Below the pieces are notes generated by a model that did not search any database, was not told where the DNA came from, and was given only the letters and a program-made list of their open reading frames with translations. A DNA stretch of 64,000 nucleotides from Planctomycetota bacterium (GTDB lineage Bacteria > Planctomycetota > B15-G4): contig CBDFJQ010000002.1 of the NCBI GenBank assembly GCA_965248575.1, positions 5,024,001-5,088,000 on the forward strand, in the 5' to 3' direction. Shown piece by piece: positions 27,602-38,094 of this stretch. Position 1 is the stretch's first letter, and the number at the start of each line of letters is the position of its first letter. Position numbers and translations under genes: made by a program.

Positions 27602-28612
27602 CTAGGGCTCGTCGGCCTCGCTGTCACCCCAGCTGCCGAAGTTGTGGGTGACACCCAGTGCGATCTGCGTGTCCGCCCGCTGGCCCGTGATGCCGTCCTG
27701 CACGGAGAGGTCCCAGACGCTGCCGGATGCCGTGGGCATGCTCAGTCCAATCACGCCGAACAAGGTGTTGTCCTTGCTGGACGGAGCGACGTAGGCCAGC
27801 TCGCCGAAAGCACTCACCTCGCCTTCGAGTGGTGCGGAGAGGGCGAGAGCGAGGAGGTGTTGCGACATCAGGTCGAAAGTGCCGTCGGTGCCCAGCAAGC
27901 CCAGCTCGTAGTAGAAGGTCCAGTCGAAGCCGCTCAGGGAGGCGTCGAGGCTGGTGCTGGCGAAGACGTTGACCTCTTCATGGCCGCCACGCACGTTGTC
28001 GCTGCCCGTGGGGAGTTGCACGGCCGCGGCCCAGGATGCCTGGATGAGTGAACCGTCCTGGGCATTGATCGGCGTGCTGGCGCGCTCGCGGAACCCGAGC
28101 AAGAGATCGCCCTGGCCGCGCCCCGTTCCCATGCGACTGCGGCGCACACGTGCCTGGGCGATGAGGCCACCGAAGATCTCGCGGCGATCGTCCAGACCGT
28201 ATTTGAGGGTGAGGGGGTAGCCGCGGAGGCGGTTGCTGTTGCGCTGGTAGCCTGCCTCCAGCTCCCAGGTGCCCTCGGCGGTGGTCTGGGTGTTGGCGCT
28301 GAAGCCCGGTCGTTGCGGGGTCGGCGTGGCCCGTGGGTGCTGGGTTTCCCGGGGTTGGTGGGGCTGGACCTCGTCGACGAGCTCTGGGGGTGTGTCGGCC
28401 TTCCCGTCGGGGCTTTCGGCGGGTGTGGCGTCCTGGACGGAGGTCGCCGCCAGCAGCTGCTGCCACGCGAGGGTCGGTGCGGCGCCCTGTCGCAGCTGCA
28501 GCTCCTGGGACCCGCAGGCGACGAGCAGCACGAGCGTGCAAAATGGTGAAATCTTTCCGACCGTCCGGCGCATTTGCATCTCCGATTCCGTCTCCGACGC
28601 GTTCCCGTTCAC
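27602..28612 (-). CDS. Putative outer-membrane beta-barrel ('transporter'/MetA-pathway family)
   Basis: RPGFSANTQT..GTWELEAG, LKYGL, GQGDLLLG, LPTG motifs; amphipathic strands; start uncertain. Confidence 0.65.
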   Translation of the reverse strand: MNGNASETESEMQMRRTVGKISPFCTLVLLVACGSQELQLRQGAAPTLAWQQLLAATSVQDATPAESPDGKADTPPELVDEVQPHQPRETQHPRATPTPQRPGFSANTQTTAEGTWELEAGYQRNSNRLRGYPLTLKYGLDDRREIFGGLIAQARVRRSRMGTGRGQGDLLLGFRERASTPINAQDGSLIQASWAAAVQLPTGSDNVRGGHEEVNVFASTSLDASLSGFDWTFYYELGLLGTDGTFDLMSQHLLALALSAPLEGEVSAFGELAYVAPSSKDNTLFGVIGLSMPTASGSVWDLSVQDGITGQRADTQIALGVTHNFGSWGDSEADEP

Positions 28613-28741
28613 TGCTTCGCTCGCATCTGCTCAGGCGCTGTCAACTGCCACTGACTCGCCCCTCGGCAGCGTACGGGCCGGATGTGTAGACTCCGCGGTT
28701 CGGAATCCCGATCAGTTTCCCTTCCAAATCGAGTCCGTTCC

Positions 28742-30511
28742 ATGGCAAGCCTCACACGGGCCCTGCTGGCCCTCGCCCTGCTTCCCTCCCTCGCGCCCGC
28801 GCAGAACGTGGACGTCGAGGAGTTCATCCTCGACAACGGGATGAAGTTCCTGCTCCTGCCTCGCTACGAGGAGCCCAACACCATCTCCGCCGGCTGGGTG
28901 GCCAAGGTGGGCTCGGTCAACGAGCGCCCCGGCATCACGGGCATCAGCCACTTCTTCGAGCACATGATGTTCAAGGGGACCACCACGGTGGGCACCCGGA
29001 ACCCTGCCGAAGACCAGGCGTTCATGGATGAGCAGAAGGCCATCAAGCAGCAGATCAACCAGCTGGCCTGGGGCGAGCAGTACGACCGCTTCCTGGCGGG
29101 CGAGATCGATGACCCGTGGGACCCGGCCAACGACACCGAGGCCCTGCGCGCACTGCGTGCCGACCTGAAGGACGCCATGGATCGGCACAAGACGGCCATC
29201 GTCAAGAACGAGTTCGACAGCATCTACACCGCGGAAGGTGCACGCGGCATGAACGCGTTCACGAGCCACGACCTGACGTTCTATTTCATCGATGTGCCCA
29301 GCAACAAGCTGGAACTGTGGGCCTGGATGGAGTCGGATCGTCTGGACGATTCGGTCTTTCGTGAGTTCTACAGCGAGCGGGACGTGGTGCACGAAGAGCG
29401 CCGCATGCGCCTCGAGTCCTCGCCCACCGGTGTGATGGACGAGCAGTTCGACGCCATGTTCTGGCAGAGCTCGCCCTACAGCTGGTCGGTGATTGGCTGG
29501 CCGACCGACCTCAACAGCTACACGCGTGAGGACTTCGACGCCTACTTCAACGTCTACTACCGGCCCAACAACCTGGTGGGCGTCATTGTCGGTGACTTCG
29601 ACCCCTCCAACGCCCGCGAGCTGGTGCAGGAATACTTCGGTCGCCTAGCGCCGGGCGAGAAGGCCGTGCCGCCGGTGGTCACGCTCGAGATGCCCCAGGT
29701 CGCCGAGAAGCGGCTCGTGGGTGAGTGCGAGTGCCAGGATCAGATCGAGGTGCGCTACCACACGGTGCCCTTCATGCACGAGGACAGCTACTCCTTGGAC
29801 GTGCTGGCCGAGATCCTGAACGGCCGCACCGGCCGCCTCTACAAGGACATGGTGGAGGGCCAGGAGATCGCCCAGGGAGCCGGGGTTGGACAGGACAGCC
29901 GCAAGTACGGTGGCTCCTTCTCCTTCAGCGCGCGCACCAAGGGTGATGCCACGCCAGACGACCTGGAGAACGCCTGGTACGCCCAGGTGGAGCTGCTCAA
30001 GGACGAGCCCGTCAGCGACTACGAGCTGGAGAAGATCAAGAACCAGGTGGCCGCCGACAGCTACCGCCAGCTGCAGAGCAACAGCTTCCTGCGCTTGCAG
30101 CTCGGACTCTACGAGGCACAGCGCGACTGGCGCTACATCAACGAAGGCAGCTCGCTCATGCGGGCGGTGACGGCCGAGGACATCCAGCACGTGGCCAACA
30201 CCTACTTCAGCGAGACCAACCGCTGCGTGGCCATCTACACCCGCAAGGAGGGCAGCGAGCCGGAGAACGAGTTGTTCGCAGCGCTCTCCCCCGAGATGCA
30301 GGGACAGGCCACGATGATGCTTGAGCAAATGAACCAGCAGCTGGCGCAGGCGCCGGAGATGGCCAGCCAGATGCTGGAAGGCATGCGCGGCCAGGCCAGC
30401 ATGGTGCCCGCCGAGGCCAAGCCCCTGTTCGACTACATCCTGAGTGAGCTCGAGGCCAAGGTGGCCGAGCTGGAACCCGAAGGCGCGACCGACTCCGAGT
30501 CGGAAGGCTGA
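28742..30511 (+). CDS. M16 family zinc peptidase, catalytic subunit
   Basis: Inverted zinc motif HFFEH (GISHFFEHMMFKG), NAFTS, ESDR, ERDVVHEER; Sec signal; ATG 28742. Confidence 0.93.
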   Translation: MASLTRALLALALLPSLAPAQNVDVEEFILDNGMKFLLLPRYEEPNTISAGWVAKVGSVNERPGITGISHFFEHMMFKGTTTVGTRNPAEDQAFMDEQKAIKQQINQLAWGEQYDRFLAGEIDDPWDPANDTEALRALRADLKDAMDRHKTAIVKNEFDSIYTAEGARGMNAFTSHDLTFYFIDVPSNKLELWAWMESDRLDDSVFREFYSERDVVHEERRMRLESSPTGVMDEQFDAMFWQSSPYSWSVIGWPTDLNSYTREDFDAYFNVYYRPNNLVGVIVGDFDPSNARELVQEYFGRLAPGEKAVPPVVTLEMPQVAEKRLVGECECQDQIEVRYHTVPFMHEDSYSLDVLAEILNGRTGRLYKDMVEGQEIAQGAGVGQDSRKYGGSFSFSARTKGDATPDDLENAWYAQVELLKDEPVSDYELEKIKNQVAADSYRQLQSNSFLRLQLGLYEAQRDWRYINEGSSLMRAVTAEDIQHVANTYFSETNRCVAIYTRKEGSEPENELFAALSPEMQGQATMMLEQMNQQLAQAPEMASQMLEGMRGQASMVPAEAKPLFDYILSELEAKVAELEPEGATDSESEG

Positions 30512-30543
30512 ACCGCGACACGAAAGACCAAGGAAGACATTTG

Positions 30544-32100
30544 ATGAACAGCTCCCTCAGCAGCCTTGCCAAGTTCGCCAAGCCGGCGCTTGGTCCAGCA
30601 CTCGCTCCCGTTCTGGGCCTGGCCCTGGGTGCGGCACTCTTCGGCGGAACGGTCACGGCCCAGTTGCCCAGCCACCCCGAGCAGATCGAGTTCCCCGAGT
30701 TGGACTTCACGCCTCCTGCCGGCGAGCAGTACCGGCACGAGCTCTCCAGCGGTGTGCCGGTCTACATCGTGCCCAGCCACGAGTTTCCCCTGGTCTCGGT
30801 CTCCCTCACCTTCAAGGGTGGCGAGTACCTCATGACCAAGGACCAGACGGGGCTCAACAGCGCCCTGGGTTCCCAGATGCGGCGCGGTGGCACCACGACC
30901 ATGTCGCCCGACGACCTGGATGAGCGCCTCGATTTCCTGGCCGCGAATGTCAGCGCCTTCGTGGGCGGTGAGACCTCCGGCGCCTCCATCAACTGCCTCA
31001 AGACGAACTTTGACGAGGCCTTCGGGATCTTCATGGACGTGGTGCGCAAGCCCGGTCTGGATGAAGAGAAGCTGCGTATCTTCCAGGATCAGGTCCTGGA
31101 GGGTTTCGAGACCCGCAACGACAACCCCATGGGCGTGGTCATGCCGACGATCAGCCGCCTGGCCTACGGCGAAGACCACTACTCCACCTGGGAAGCCACC
31201 CAGGCCTCCATCGAGGCCATCACCCAGGACGCCCTGCTGGAGCTGCACGGCAAGATCTTCCATCCTGGCAACCTGCTGGTGGGTGTGACCGGCGACGTCG
31301 AGCCGGCAGAGATCCTGGCCAAGCTCGAGCAGGCTTTTGACGGTTGGGAAGCCCTGGAGCGCAACCCCAACCCGCCGCTGCCCGAACACGACCTTCAGGC
31401 TGGCCTCTACCACGCCCGCACGACCCAGGCCGAGCTGCCCCAGGGCACGGCCCTGATCGTGGGCAAGGGCATCCAGCGCGATGACCCGGACGCCATCCCG
31501 CTGCGCATCATGAACGACATTCTGGGCGGTGGTGGCTTCACGAGCCGCGTCACCAACCGGGTGCGCAGCGATGAGGGCCTGGCGTACACGGCCATCACCC
31601 AGATGCAGGCGCAGGTCTGGCACGACGGGCTCTTCTTCGGCTTCTTCCAGTCCAAGAACCGCACGGTTGCCCTGGCCGCCAAGCTGATCATCGAGGAGAT
31701 CGAGCGCATCAAGTCCGAACCTGTGTCCGAGGAAGAGCTGCGTGTCGCCAAGGAGGCGCTCATCGAGAGCTTCCCCCAACGCTTTGCCAGCAAGGGCGCC
31801 ATGCTGAGTGTGTTCATGAACGATGAGCTCACGGGCCGCGAGGCGGGTTACTGGAACAGCTGGCGCGACAAGGTGAGTGCCGTGGATGCCTCCGCTGTGC
31901 AGACGGTGGCGCAGAAGCACCTGCACCCGGAGAACATGGCCGTCGTGGTCGTGGGAAACTGGGACGAGATCGAAGGCGGTGACCTGGAAGGCCGGGCCTC
32001 CATGAACGACTTCTTCGACGGCCAGGTGGAGCACCTGCCCATGCTCGACCCCATGACCCGCGAGCCCATGCCGGAAGAGGACGAGTCGATCCAGCCCTAG
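30544..32100 (+). CDS. M16 family peptidase, non-catalytic partner subunit
   Basis: M16 fold motifs (ILGGGGFTSR..NRVRSDEGLAY) without HxxEH; signal peptide; adjacent to the catalytic subunit. Confidence 0.9.
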   Translation: MNSSLSSLAKFAKPALGPALAPVLGLALGAALFGGTVTAQLPSHPEQIEFPELDFTPPAGEQYRHELSSGVPVYIVPSHEFPLVSVSLTFKGGEYLMTKDQTGLNSALGSQMRRGGTTTMSPDDLDERLDFLAANVSAFVGGETSGASINCLKTNFDEAFGIFMDVVRKPGLDEEKLRIFQDQVLEGFETRNDNPMGVVMPTISRLAYGEDHYSTWEATQASIEAITQDALLELHGKIFHPGNLLVGVTGDVEPAEILAKLEQAFDGWEALERNPNPPLPEHDLQAGLYHARTTQAELPQGTALIVGKGIQRDDPDAIPLRIMNDILGGGGFTSRVTNRVRSDEGLAYTAITQMQAQVWHDGLFFGFFQSKNRTVALAAKLIIEEIERIKSEPVSEEELRVAKEALIESFPQRFASKGAMLSVFMNDELTGREAGYWNSWRDKVSAVDASAVQTVAQKHLHPENMAVVVVGNWDEIEGGDLEGRASMNDFFDGQVEHLPMLDPMTREPMPEEDESIQP

Positions 32101-32122
32101 TCCTTCTCACGGGACTCTGCCC

Positions 32123-32566
32123 ATGACGCTGCCCTCTGCACCTGCCTCTCGCCCCACGACTGGGCGCGGGGCAGGTTCGTTTTATCGACGAACCCTGGCG
32201 ACGCTCGTCGTCGCTGGCTTCCTCGGCCTGTCGTCCTGCGTCTCGACGACGCTCTATGACGTGCACGAAGACATGGCGAACCACCAGGGGGCGCCCATCG
32301 ACTTCCAGGTCACGACGGTCGTCGGCATGCACTTCCTGTTCGACATCCTGCCGCTGTTCGGCAACGGCTCCCTCGACTACGGCATTCGTAGCTTCCAGGA
32401 CGCTGCCCGGGAGCGGGGCGCGCTGACCATGCGGATCGCCGAGACCGAGACCACCGTGTACTGGTGGGTCTACCCTCCCATCTCCTTCGTCATCCCGGTG
32501 GTTGTCAGCCGGGTGACGGGCGACGTGCAGTATCCCGAGTGGGCTGCGCTCGCTGCGCCCAACTAG
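32123..32566 (+). CDS. Hypothetical small lipoprotein
   Basis: LSSC lipobox; GC3-biased codons; fits between flanking genes. Confidence 0.65.
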   Translation: MTLPSAPASRPTTGRGAGSFYRRTLATLVVAGFLGLSSCVSTTLYDVHEDMANHQGAPIDFQVTTVVGMHFLFDILPLFGNGSLDYGIRSFQDAARERGALTMRIAETETTVYWWVYPPISFVIPVVVSRVTGDVQYPEWAALAAPN

Positions 32567-34404
32567 GGCAGCTCGGCCTCGGTCAGTGCCTCGCCCGTCT
32601 GGACGTCCCAGAGGCTCTTGTACTGGCCGCCTTGAGCTAGCAACTCTTCGTGGGTCCCGGATTCGGTCACCTGCCCCGCTGACAAGACCCAGATGCGCTG
32701 GGCATGGCGAACGGTCGAGAGGCGGTGGGCGATCACCAGGGTGGTGCGCCCCACGGCGAGGCGTGCGAGGGAGCGCTGGATGGCGGCCTCGGTCTCGTTG
32801 TCCACCGAGGAGGTGGCTTCGTCCAGGACCAGCAAGGGTGGATCCTTCAACACGGCCCGTGCGATGGACAGGCGCTGGCGCTGGCCGCCTGAGAGCTTCT
32901 GCCCGCGCTCGCCGACGAGGGTGTCGTAGCCCAGGGGCAACGACTCGATGAAGGCGTGCGCCTCGGCGGTGCGCGCGGCTGCGATCACGTCGTCGCGGCT
33001 GGCGCCGCGCCGGCCATAGGCAATGTTCTCGAGCACGGTGCCGTGAAAGAGGTAGACGTCCTGGCTCACGAGGCCGATGGACTGCCGCAGGTCAGCCAGG
33101 CTGAGTTGGCGCACGTCCACACCGTCCAGGGTGATGCGACCGCCGGTCACGTCGTAGAACCGCAGGAGCAGTTTGATGACGGTTGTCTTCCCGGAGCCGG
33201 TGGCACCGACGATGGCCGTCGTCTCGCCCCGGCGAATCTGGAGATCCAGCGTGCGGAGGGTCGGTGGCAGCAAGCGCCCAGCCGTGGTGTAGCTGAACTC
33301 CACCTGCTCGAAGGCGACCTCTGGACGAACCCGTTGACGGACATGTTGATGAACAGTGGGACGCACGGGAGCCTCAGGCTCCGCAGCGGCACCGGCCCCA
33401 TCCACGATGCTGGGTTGGGTGTCCAGCAAATCGAGGATGCGCGTGGTGGATGCCATCGCGCGTTGGTAGAGATCGAAGGTCTCACCGAGCCGCGTGAGCG
33501 GCCACAGGAGTCGCTGAACGAGGAAGACCATCACCGAATACGCGCCCACGTCGAGCGAGCCCTCGAGGGCCAGGAGGCCGCCCTGGACCAGCATGGCGGT
33601 GAAGCCGGCCACGATGATCATGCGGATCAGGGGCGAGAAGGCGGAGCTCAGGCGGATGGCCTTGCGGTTGGCTTCCCGGTACTGCTGGCTCGTCTGGTCG
33701 AGCCGCTGGGTTTCGTGAGCCTCGGCGGTGAAGCTCTTGATCGTGGCGATACCGCCCAGGTTGTTGGCGAGCTGGTGGTTCAGCAGGCCCACCTGTTCGC
33801 GCACGGCGGCGTAGCGCGGTGCGAGCAGGCGCTGGTAGCGGATCGAGCCCCAGAGGATGAAGGGCATGGGCGCGACGCCCATCCAGGCCACGGAGGGCTC
33901 CAAGGCGAAGAACAGGCTGCCGATGACCAGCACCGTCGTGCCGACCTGCAGCAGCTCGTGGGCGCCGTTGTCGAGGAAACGCTCCAGCTGGTTCACATCG
34001 TCATTGAGAACCGCCATCAGGCCGCCGGTGCTGCGGTCCTCGAACCAGGCCATCTCCAGGTCCTGGACGTGTTGATAGGCCTCGATGCGCAAGTCGTGTT
34101 GCACGCTCTGGGCCAGGTTGCGCCACGCCACCTTGGCCAGGTACTCCGAGATGGATTCGATGACCCAGATCAGGACCGTGAGCGCGCCGAGGATGAGCAA
34201 CTGGGTCTTGGGGTCCGCGACGCCCAGGGCACCGAACCAGGAGTTCTCCCGGTCCACGACGATGCTCACGGACGCGCCGATCAGGAGCGGTGGCGCGAGG
34301 TCAAAGACCTTGTTGGTGATGGACCAGAGGGCGGCGCCGCGGACCGTCCGGCGCCGGGACCGCACCGCATGCAGCAGCCGTTTGAGTGGGGCGTGTTGCG
34401 TCAC
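32563..34404 (-). CDS. ABC transporter, fused permease/ATP-binding (MsbA/MdlB-like exporter)
   Basis: TM domain; Walker [33 protein letters not shown]. Confidence 0.95.
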   Translation of the reverse strand: MTQHAPLKRLLHAVRSRRRTVRGAALWSITNKVFDLAPPLLIGASVSIVVDRENSWFGALGVADPKTQLLILGALTVLIWVIESISEYLAKVAWRNLAQSVQHDLRIEAYQHVQDLEMAWFEDRSTGGLMAVLNDDVNQLERFLDNGAHELLQVGTTVLVIGSLFFALEPSVAWMGVAPMPFILWGSIRYQRLLAPRYAAVREQVGLLNHQLANNLGGIATIKSFTAEAHETQRLDQTSQQYREANRKAIRLSSAFSPLIRMIIVAGFTAMLVQGGLLALEGSLDVGAYSVMVFLVQRLLWPLTRLGETFDLYQRAMASTTRILDLLDTQPSIVDGAGAAAEPEAPVRPTVHQHVRQRVRPEVAFEQVEFSYTTAGRLLPPTLRTLDLQIRRGETTAIVGATGSGKTTVIKLLLRFYDVTGGRITLDGVDVRQLSLADLRQSIGLVSQDVYLFHGTVLENIAYGRRGASRDDVIAAARTAEAHAFIESLPLGYDTLVGERGQKLSGGQRQRLSIARAVLKDPPLLVLDEATSSVDNETEAAIQRSLARLAVGRTTLVIAHRLSTVRHAQRIWVLSAGQVTESGTHEELLAQGGQYKSLWDVQTGEALTEAELP

Positions 34405-35676
34405 TTACTCGTGTCGAAGGGCTTCCACGGGATCCATGGCTGCGGCGCGCCAGGCGGGGTAGATCCCGAACAGCACGCCGGTCCCCGAGGAGATCACGAA
34501 GGCCAGGATGGGGGCGCCGGGCGTCACGATGGTGACCATGTCGGCGAAGTGCTCCACGGCCAGGGGGATGGTCACCCCCAAGGCGACGCCCATCAGGCCA
34601 CCCCCGACGGACAGGCAGACCGTCTCCACCAGGAACTGCGTCACGATGTCGCGCCGCTTGGCACCGAGCGCGCGGCGGATGCCGATCTCCCGGGTGCGTT
34701 CGGTGACGGTGGCCAGCATGACGTTCATGATGCCGATACCGCCCACCAACAGGCTGATTCCGGCGATGGAGCCCAAGACGATGTTGAAGATGCGCTTGGT
34801 CTCTTCGGCGCGGGCCAGGAGTTCCAGGGGCACCACGACCTCGTAGTCCCGGTTCTTGTGGAAGCGTCCGAGCATCTCGCGTGAGGCGGCGGCCACGAGC
34901 GGCACGCCCTCGGCGTTCTGGACCTCGATCACGACCTCGTGCAGGTCGACCTGCTCCATGTCGCGGCTGCCTGCGCGGCGCTTGACCTGGAGCTTTCCAA
35001 ACCACTCGCGAGCCGTTTGGAAGGGGATGTACATCTCGCCCGTGACTTCGCCTCCGACGGGCAATCCTTCGCTACCCAGCGGGATGCGGGGTGCCAAGGT
35101 TCCGACCACCTGAAAGTAGTCGCTGCCCACCTTGACTCGCTGGCCCAGGGGCGACTCGAAGGGGAACAAGTAGCGCGCCACCTCGGTGCCCAGCACGCAG
35201 ACGTTGGACTGGCTCAGCTCATCTTGCTCGGAGAGGAAGCGTCCCTCCCAGATAAGACGCCCGGTGACGTCCTGGTACAGCGGCTGGGTGGCCAGCACGC
35301 GGGGGCTGAGGACCCGCTCACCGAAGCGCACTTCCTGTTGAATCATGCGGATGGGGACGACCCGTCCGACGCCAGGGAAGGTGTCGCGGATGCGCGCCAG
35401 GTCCGCGTCGGTGATGCCGTACGTGATGACGCGCGAGCTGCTGTTGGAGTTGACGTCGTCCGGCGGCTTCACGCTGCGCAGGATCACGTTTTGGCTGCCG
35501 AGCTGCTTGATCTGCTCTTGCGCTTCGTAGCTGGCGCCCTCGCCGATGGCCAGCATGGAGATGACGCTGCTGGTTCCGAAGAGCACGCCGAGCGTGGTGA
35601 GCAAGCTGCGCAGCTTGTGCAGCATGAGGCTGTTCACACCGGTGCGGATGGTGCGCAGTGCCTGGTTGCGGATCAT
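34405..35676 (-). CDS. MacB-like ABC transporter permease
   Basis: LRSLLTTLGV; ISLLVGGIGIMNVML..VTERTREIGIRRALGA; YPAWRAA.MDPVEALRHE. Confidence 0.95.
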   Translation of the reverse strand: MIRNQALRTIRTGVNSLMLHKLRSLLTTLGVLFGTSSVISMLAIGEGASYEAQEQIKQLGSQNVILRSVKPPDDVNSNSSSRVITYGITDADLARIRDTFPGVGRVVPIRMIQQEVRFGERVLSPRVLATQPLYQDVTGRLIWEGRFLSEQDELSQSNVCVLGTEVARYLFPFESPLGQRVKVGSDYFQVVGTLAPRIPLGSEGLPVGGEVTGEMYIPFQTAREWFGKLQVKRRAGSRDMEQVDLHEVVIEVQNAEGVPLVAAASREMLGRFHKNRDYEVVVPLELLARAEETKRIFNIVLGSIAGISLLVGGIGIMNVMLATVTERTREIGIRRALGAKRRDIVTQFLVETVCLSVGGGLMGVALGVTIPLAVEHFADMVTIVTPGAPILAFVISSGTGVLFGIYPAWRAAAMDPVEALRHE

Positions 35677-36383
35677 GCGCTGGCCCCTCGGCGCACTTGC
35701 TCTCGCATCTCCTCGATGCGTCCGTCGCGCATGCGCAAGACATGGCTCGCGCGCTCAGCGACGTGGGCTTCATGCGTCACGAAGACGATGGTCTTGCCCT
35801 CAGCGGAGAGCTCGTCGAAGAGATCGAGGATCTCCTTGGCGGTCTGGCTGTCGAGGTTTCCGGTGGCTTCATCCGCGAGGATCAATTCAGGGTCGTTCAC
35901 CAGGGCGCGGGCGATGGCGACGCGCTGCTGTTGGCCGCCAGACAACTCGGTGGGGCGGTGGTCGAGGCGGCTGGTCAAGCCCATGCGGTCTGCGAGCATG
36001 TGCGCCCGCTGGAGGTCCTCGTCGCCCCAATCATCCTGGTAGAAGAGTGGCACCATGATGTTGTCGAGCACGTCCAACTGAGGGATCAGGTTGTACGACT
36101 GGAAGATGAACCCGAGCTTCCGGGAGCGGAGCTCGCTCAGCTCGTCGTCATCAAGGGTGTTCACGTTGCGGCCTGCCAGGATGTAGTCGCCGCTCGTCGG
36201 GCGGTCGAGGCAGCCCAGGACGTTCAACAGCGTGGACTTGCCGCTCCCGGAGGCGCCCATGATGGACCAGTACTGGCCGCGCTGGATGGAGAAGCTGAGC
36301 CCATCCAGGGCACGCACTTCCTGAGAGCCCATTCGGTAGACGCGCTCGACTTCGTCGAGCTCCGCCACAGCCGGTTCCGCCAC
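35673..36383 (-). CDS. MacB/LolD-like ABC transporter ATP-binding protein
   Basis: GASGSGKST; LSGGQQQRVAIARAL; ILADEATGNLD; start reassigned to GTG 36383, one base after the upstream stop. Confidence 0.95.
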   Translation of the reverse strand: MAEPAVAELDEVERVYRMGSQEVRALDGLSFSIQRGQYWSIMGASGSGKSTLLNVLGCLDRPTSGDYILAGRNVNTLDDDELSELRSRKLGFIFQSYNLIPQLDVLDNIMVPLFYQDDWGDEDLQRAHMLADRMGLTSRLDHRPTELSGGQQQRVAIARALVNDPELILADEATGNLDSQTAKEILDLFDELSAEGKTIVFVTHEAHVAERASHVLRMRDGRIEEMREQVRRGASA

Positions 36384-36384
36384 G

Positions 36385-38094
36385 TCAGTCGTTTCCGGTC
36401 TGGGCCGATGTGGACGGTTTGCCCGCAGCGCTGTGGAGTCCGCCACCCGGCACGCTTGCCTCGTGCTCCGTGCCGCTTGGAGTGCCTCCGCCCGCCTGCC
36501 CGTCCTTTGGCTTGTCACCCTTGGTCTTGTCACCCTTGGGCCGCTCGCCCGTGGGCTCGTCGCCCTGGCCCCTCTCAACGGGAGCGCCCTGCGCGGCCTC
36601 GTCTCGGCTCCTGCCTTCTTTGGCCGGCTCGAGCGAGAGGTTGGCGGGCACCGCGAGCAGGACCGTCTCACCGGCTTCGAGGCCCGAACGGATCTCGACC
36701 CACTTGCCGTTGTTCTGTCCTACCTCCACGGAGCGCTTCTCGGGGTCGCCGTTGCCGCGGTTCACGAGGCAGATCGTCTTGCCTGCATCGAGGAACACGG
36801 CCTGGACCGGCACATAGATCACGTCCTTGAGCTCGTCCACGAGGATCTCGATGCTGCAGGACATGCCCGGCCGGATGCGCGGCTCGGAGGCGAGGATCTG
36901 GATCGTGGTGCGGTAGACGCGGAGGTCAGGGTTCATCCAGCGCGACTGCTGGTCTGGCAGCGGGGCCTTGAAGATGACCTCGCCGGGCAGCGTCTTACCC
37001 AGGGCGTCGACGGTCACGAGGCAGGACATGCCCGTCGTGACCTTCTCCAAGATCGATTCGTGCAGGCTCGCCTCGGCGATGAAACCGTCCGAGTTGGGAA
37101 TGGTGATGATCGCCTGGCGCTCGCGGACCTGGCTTCCCTCTTGCATGGGCTCGCCTTCGTCCCATCGACTCCGGCTGTCCACTGCGTAGACCACCATGCC
37201 AGCCACGGGGGCTTCGATGCGTGCCTTGCCGATCTGGGAAATCATCTTGTCGAGTTCATTGCTCTCCAGCTCGAACTTGGCCTCCGCGGTCCGTACATCC
37301 ACCTCGAAGTCCGCGATGCGTGCCTTGGCCTGAAGGGTGACCCGCTCGAGTTCGCGATCCATCTCTTCGACCCCGGCTTCGAGTTCCTTGGTGCTGCGGG
37401 GGATCTCGTAGTTGTCGAAGAGCTCCTTGGCGCGCTCTGCTTGCTTGAGCATCACCGTTGACCGGGTCTCCGCGAAGCGGTCGGCATCCAGCTCGGCCTG
37501 CTCCAGGAAACCGCGGGAGTGGAGCTCCTCGGACCACTTGAGATCCTGCTGTGCGCGGGTCAGCTCCTCACTGGCCAAGAGGATCGCTTCGTCCTTGCTC
37601 TGAAGCTCCTGGGGCATGTCGCCCTCGATGTACTTCTCCAGGTCGATCAGGGCGAACTCGGCCTTGCGCTTGGCGTTGGCGATGTCGCTTTCGTTCTGGC
37701 TGAGCTGGATGGCGTGGTTCTGTTGGGCCTTGGTCAGGGTGGCCTCGGAGTTCTGGACCTGGATCTCCTGTTGCACGCGCCGCTCCACGAGGTCGGAGGT
37801 GTCGAGTTCGACCAGCAGGTCGCCTTCCTCGACGTAGATCCCCTCCTCCACGAGCCAGAGCACCGTGGTCTGCCCTTCGATCTCGCACTTGAGCGTCTCG
37901 CTATCGGCGGCTTCGAGGTTGCCTCGCTCGACAACGCTGATGCGCAGGTCGCCCCGCTCCACCTTGGCGCCCGCAATCATGTTCTCGGAGCCATCGTCCG
38001 AGGGGGAAAAGACGCCCAGGCCCCAGGCGGCGCCAACCGCCACGAGCGCTAGGCCCACCAGGCCCAAGGAGTTCGATTTACGCTTCTTCGTCAT
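36385..38094 (-). CDS. Efflux periplasmic adaptor subunit (MacA/HlyD-like)
   Basis: N-terminal TM; lipoyl halves (VEEG..VEEGDLLVELD; IEAPVAGMV); long coiled coil; RPGMS; VPVQAV. Confidence 0.92.
   Translation of the reverse strand: MTKKRKSNSLGLVGLALVAVGAAWGLGVFSPSDDGSENMIAGAKVERGDLRISVVERGNLEAADSETLKCEIEGQTTVLWLVEEGIYVEEGDLLVELDTSDLVERRVQQEIQVQNSEATLTKAQQNHAIQLSQNESDIANAKRKAEFALIDLEKYIEGDMPQELQSKDEAILLASEELTRAQQDLKWSEELHSRGFLEQAELDADRFAETRSTVMLKQAERAKELFDNYEIPRSTKELEAGVEEMDRELERVTLQAKARIADFEVDVRTAEAKFELESNELDKMISQIGKARIEAPVAGMVVYAVDSRSRWDEGEPMQEGSQVRERQAIITIPNSDGFIAEASLHESILEKVTTGMSCLVTVDALGKTLPGEVIFKAPLPDQQSRWMNPDLRVYRTTIQILASEPRIRPGMSCSIEILVDELKDVIYVPVQAVFLDAGKTICLVNRGNGDPEKRSVEVGQNNGKWVEIRSGLEAGETVLLAVPANLSLEPAKEGRSRDEAAQGAPVERGQGDEPTGERPKGDKTKGDKPKDGQAGGGTPSGTEHEASVPGGGLHSAAGKPSTSAQTGND

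Noticed and set aside
36384..36671. Long N-terminal extension of the ABC ATPase ORF
   Set aside because: Overlaps the 3' end of the adaptor gene; GTG 36383 gives a typical 236-aa ATPase
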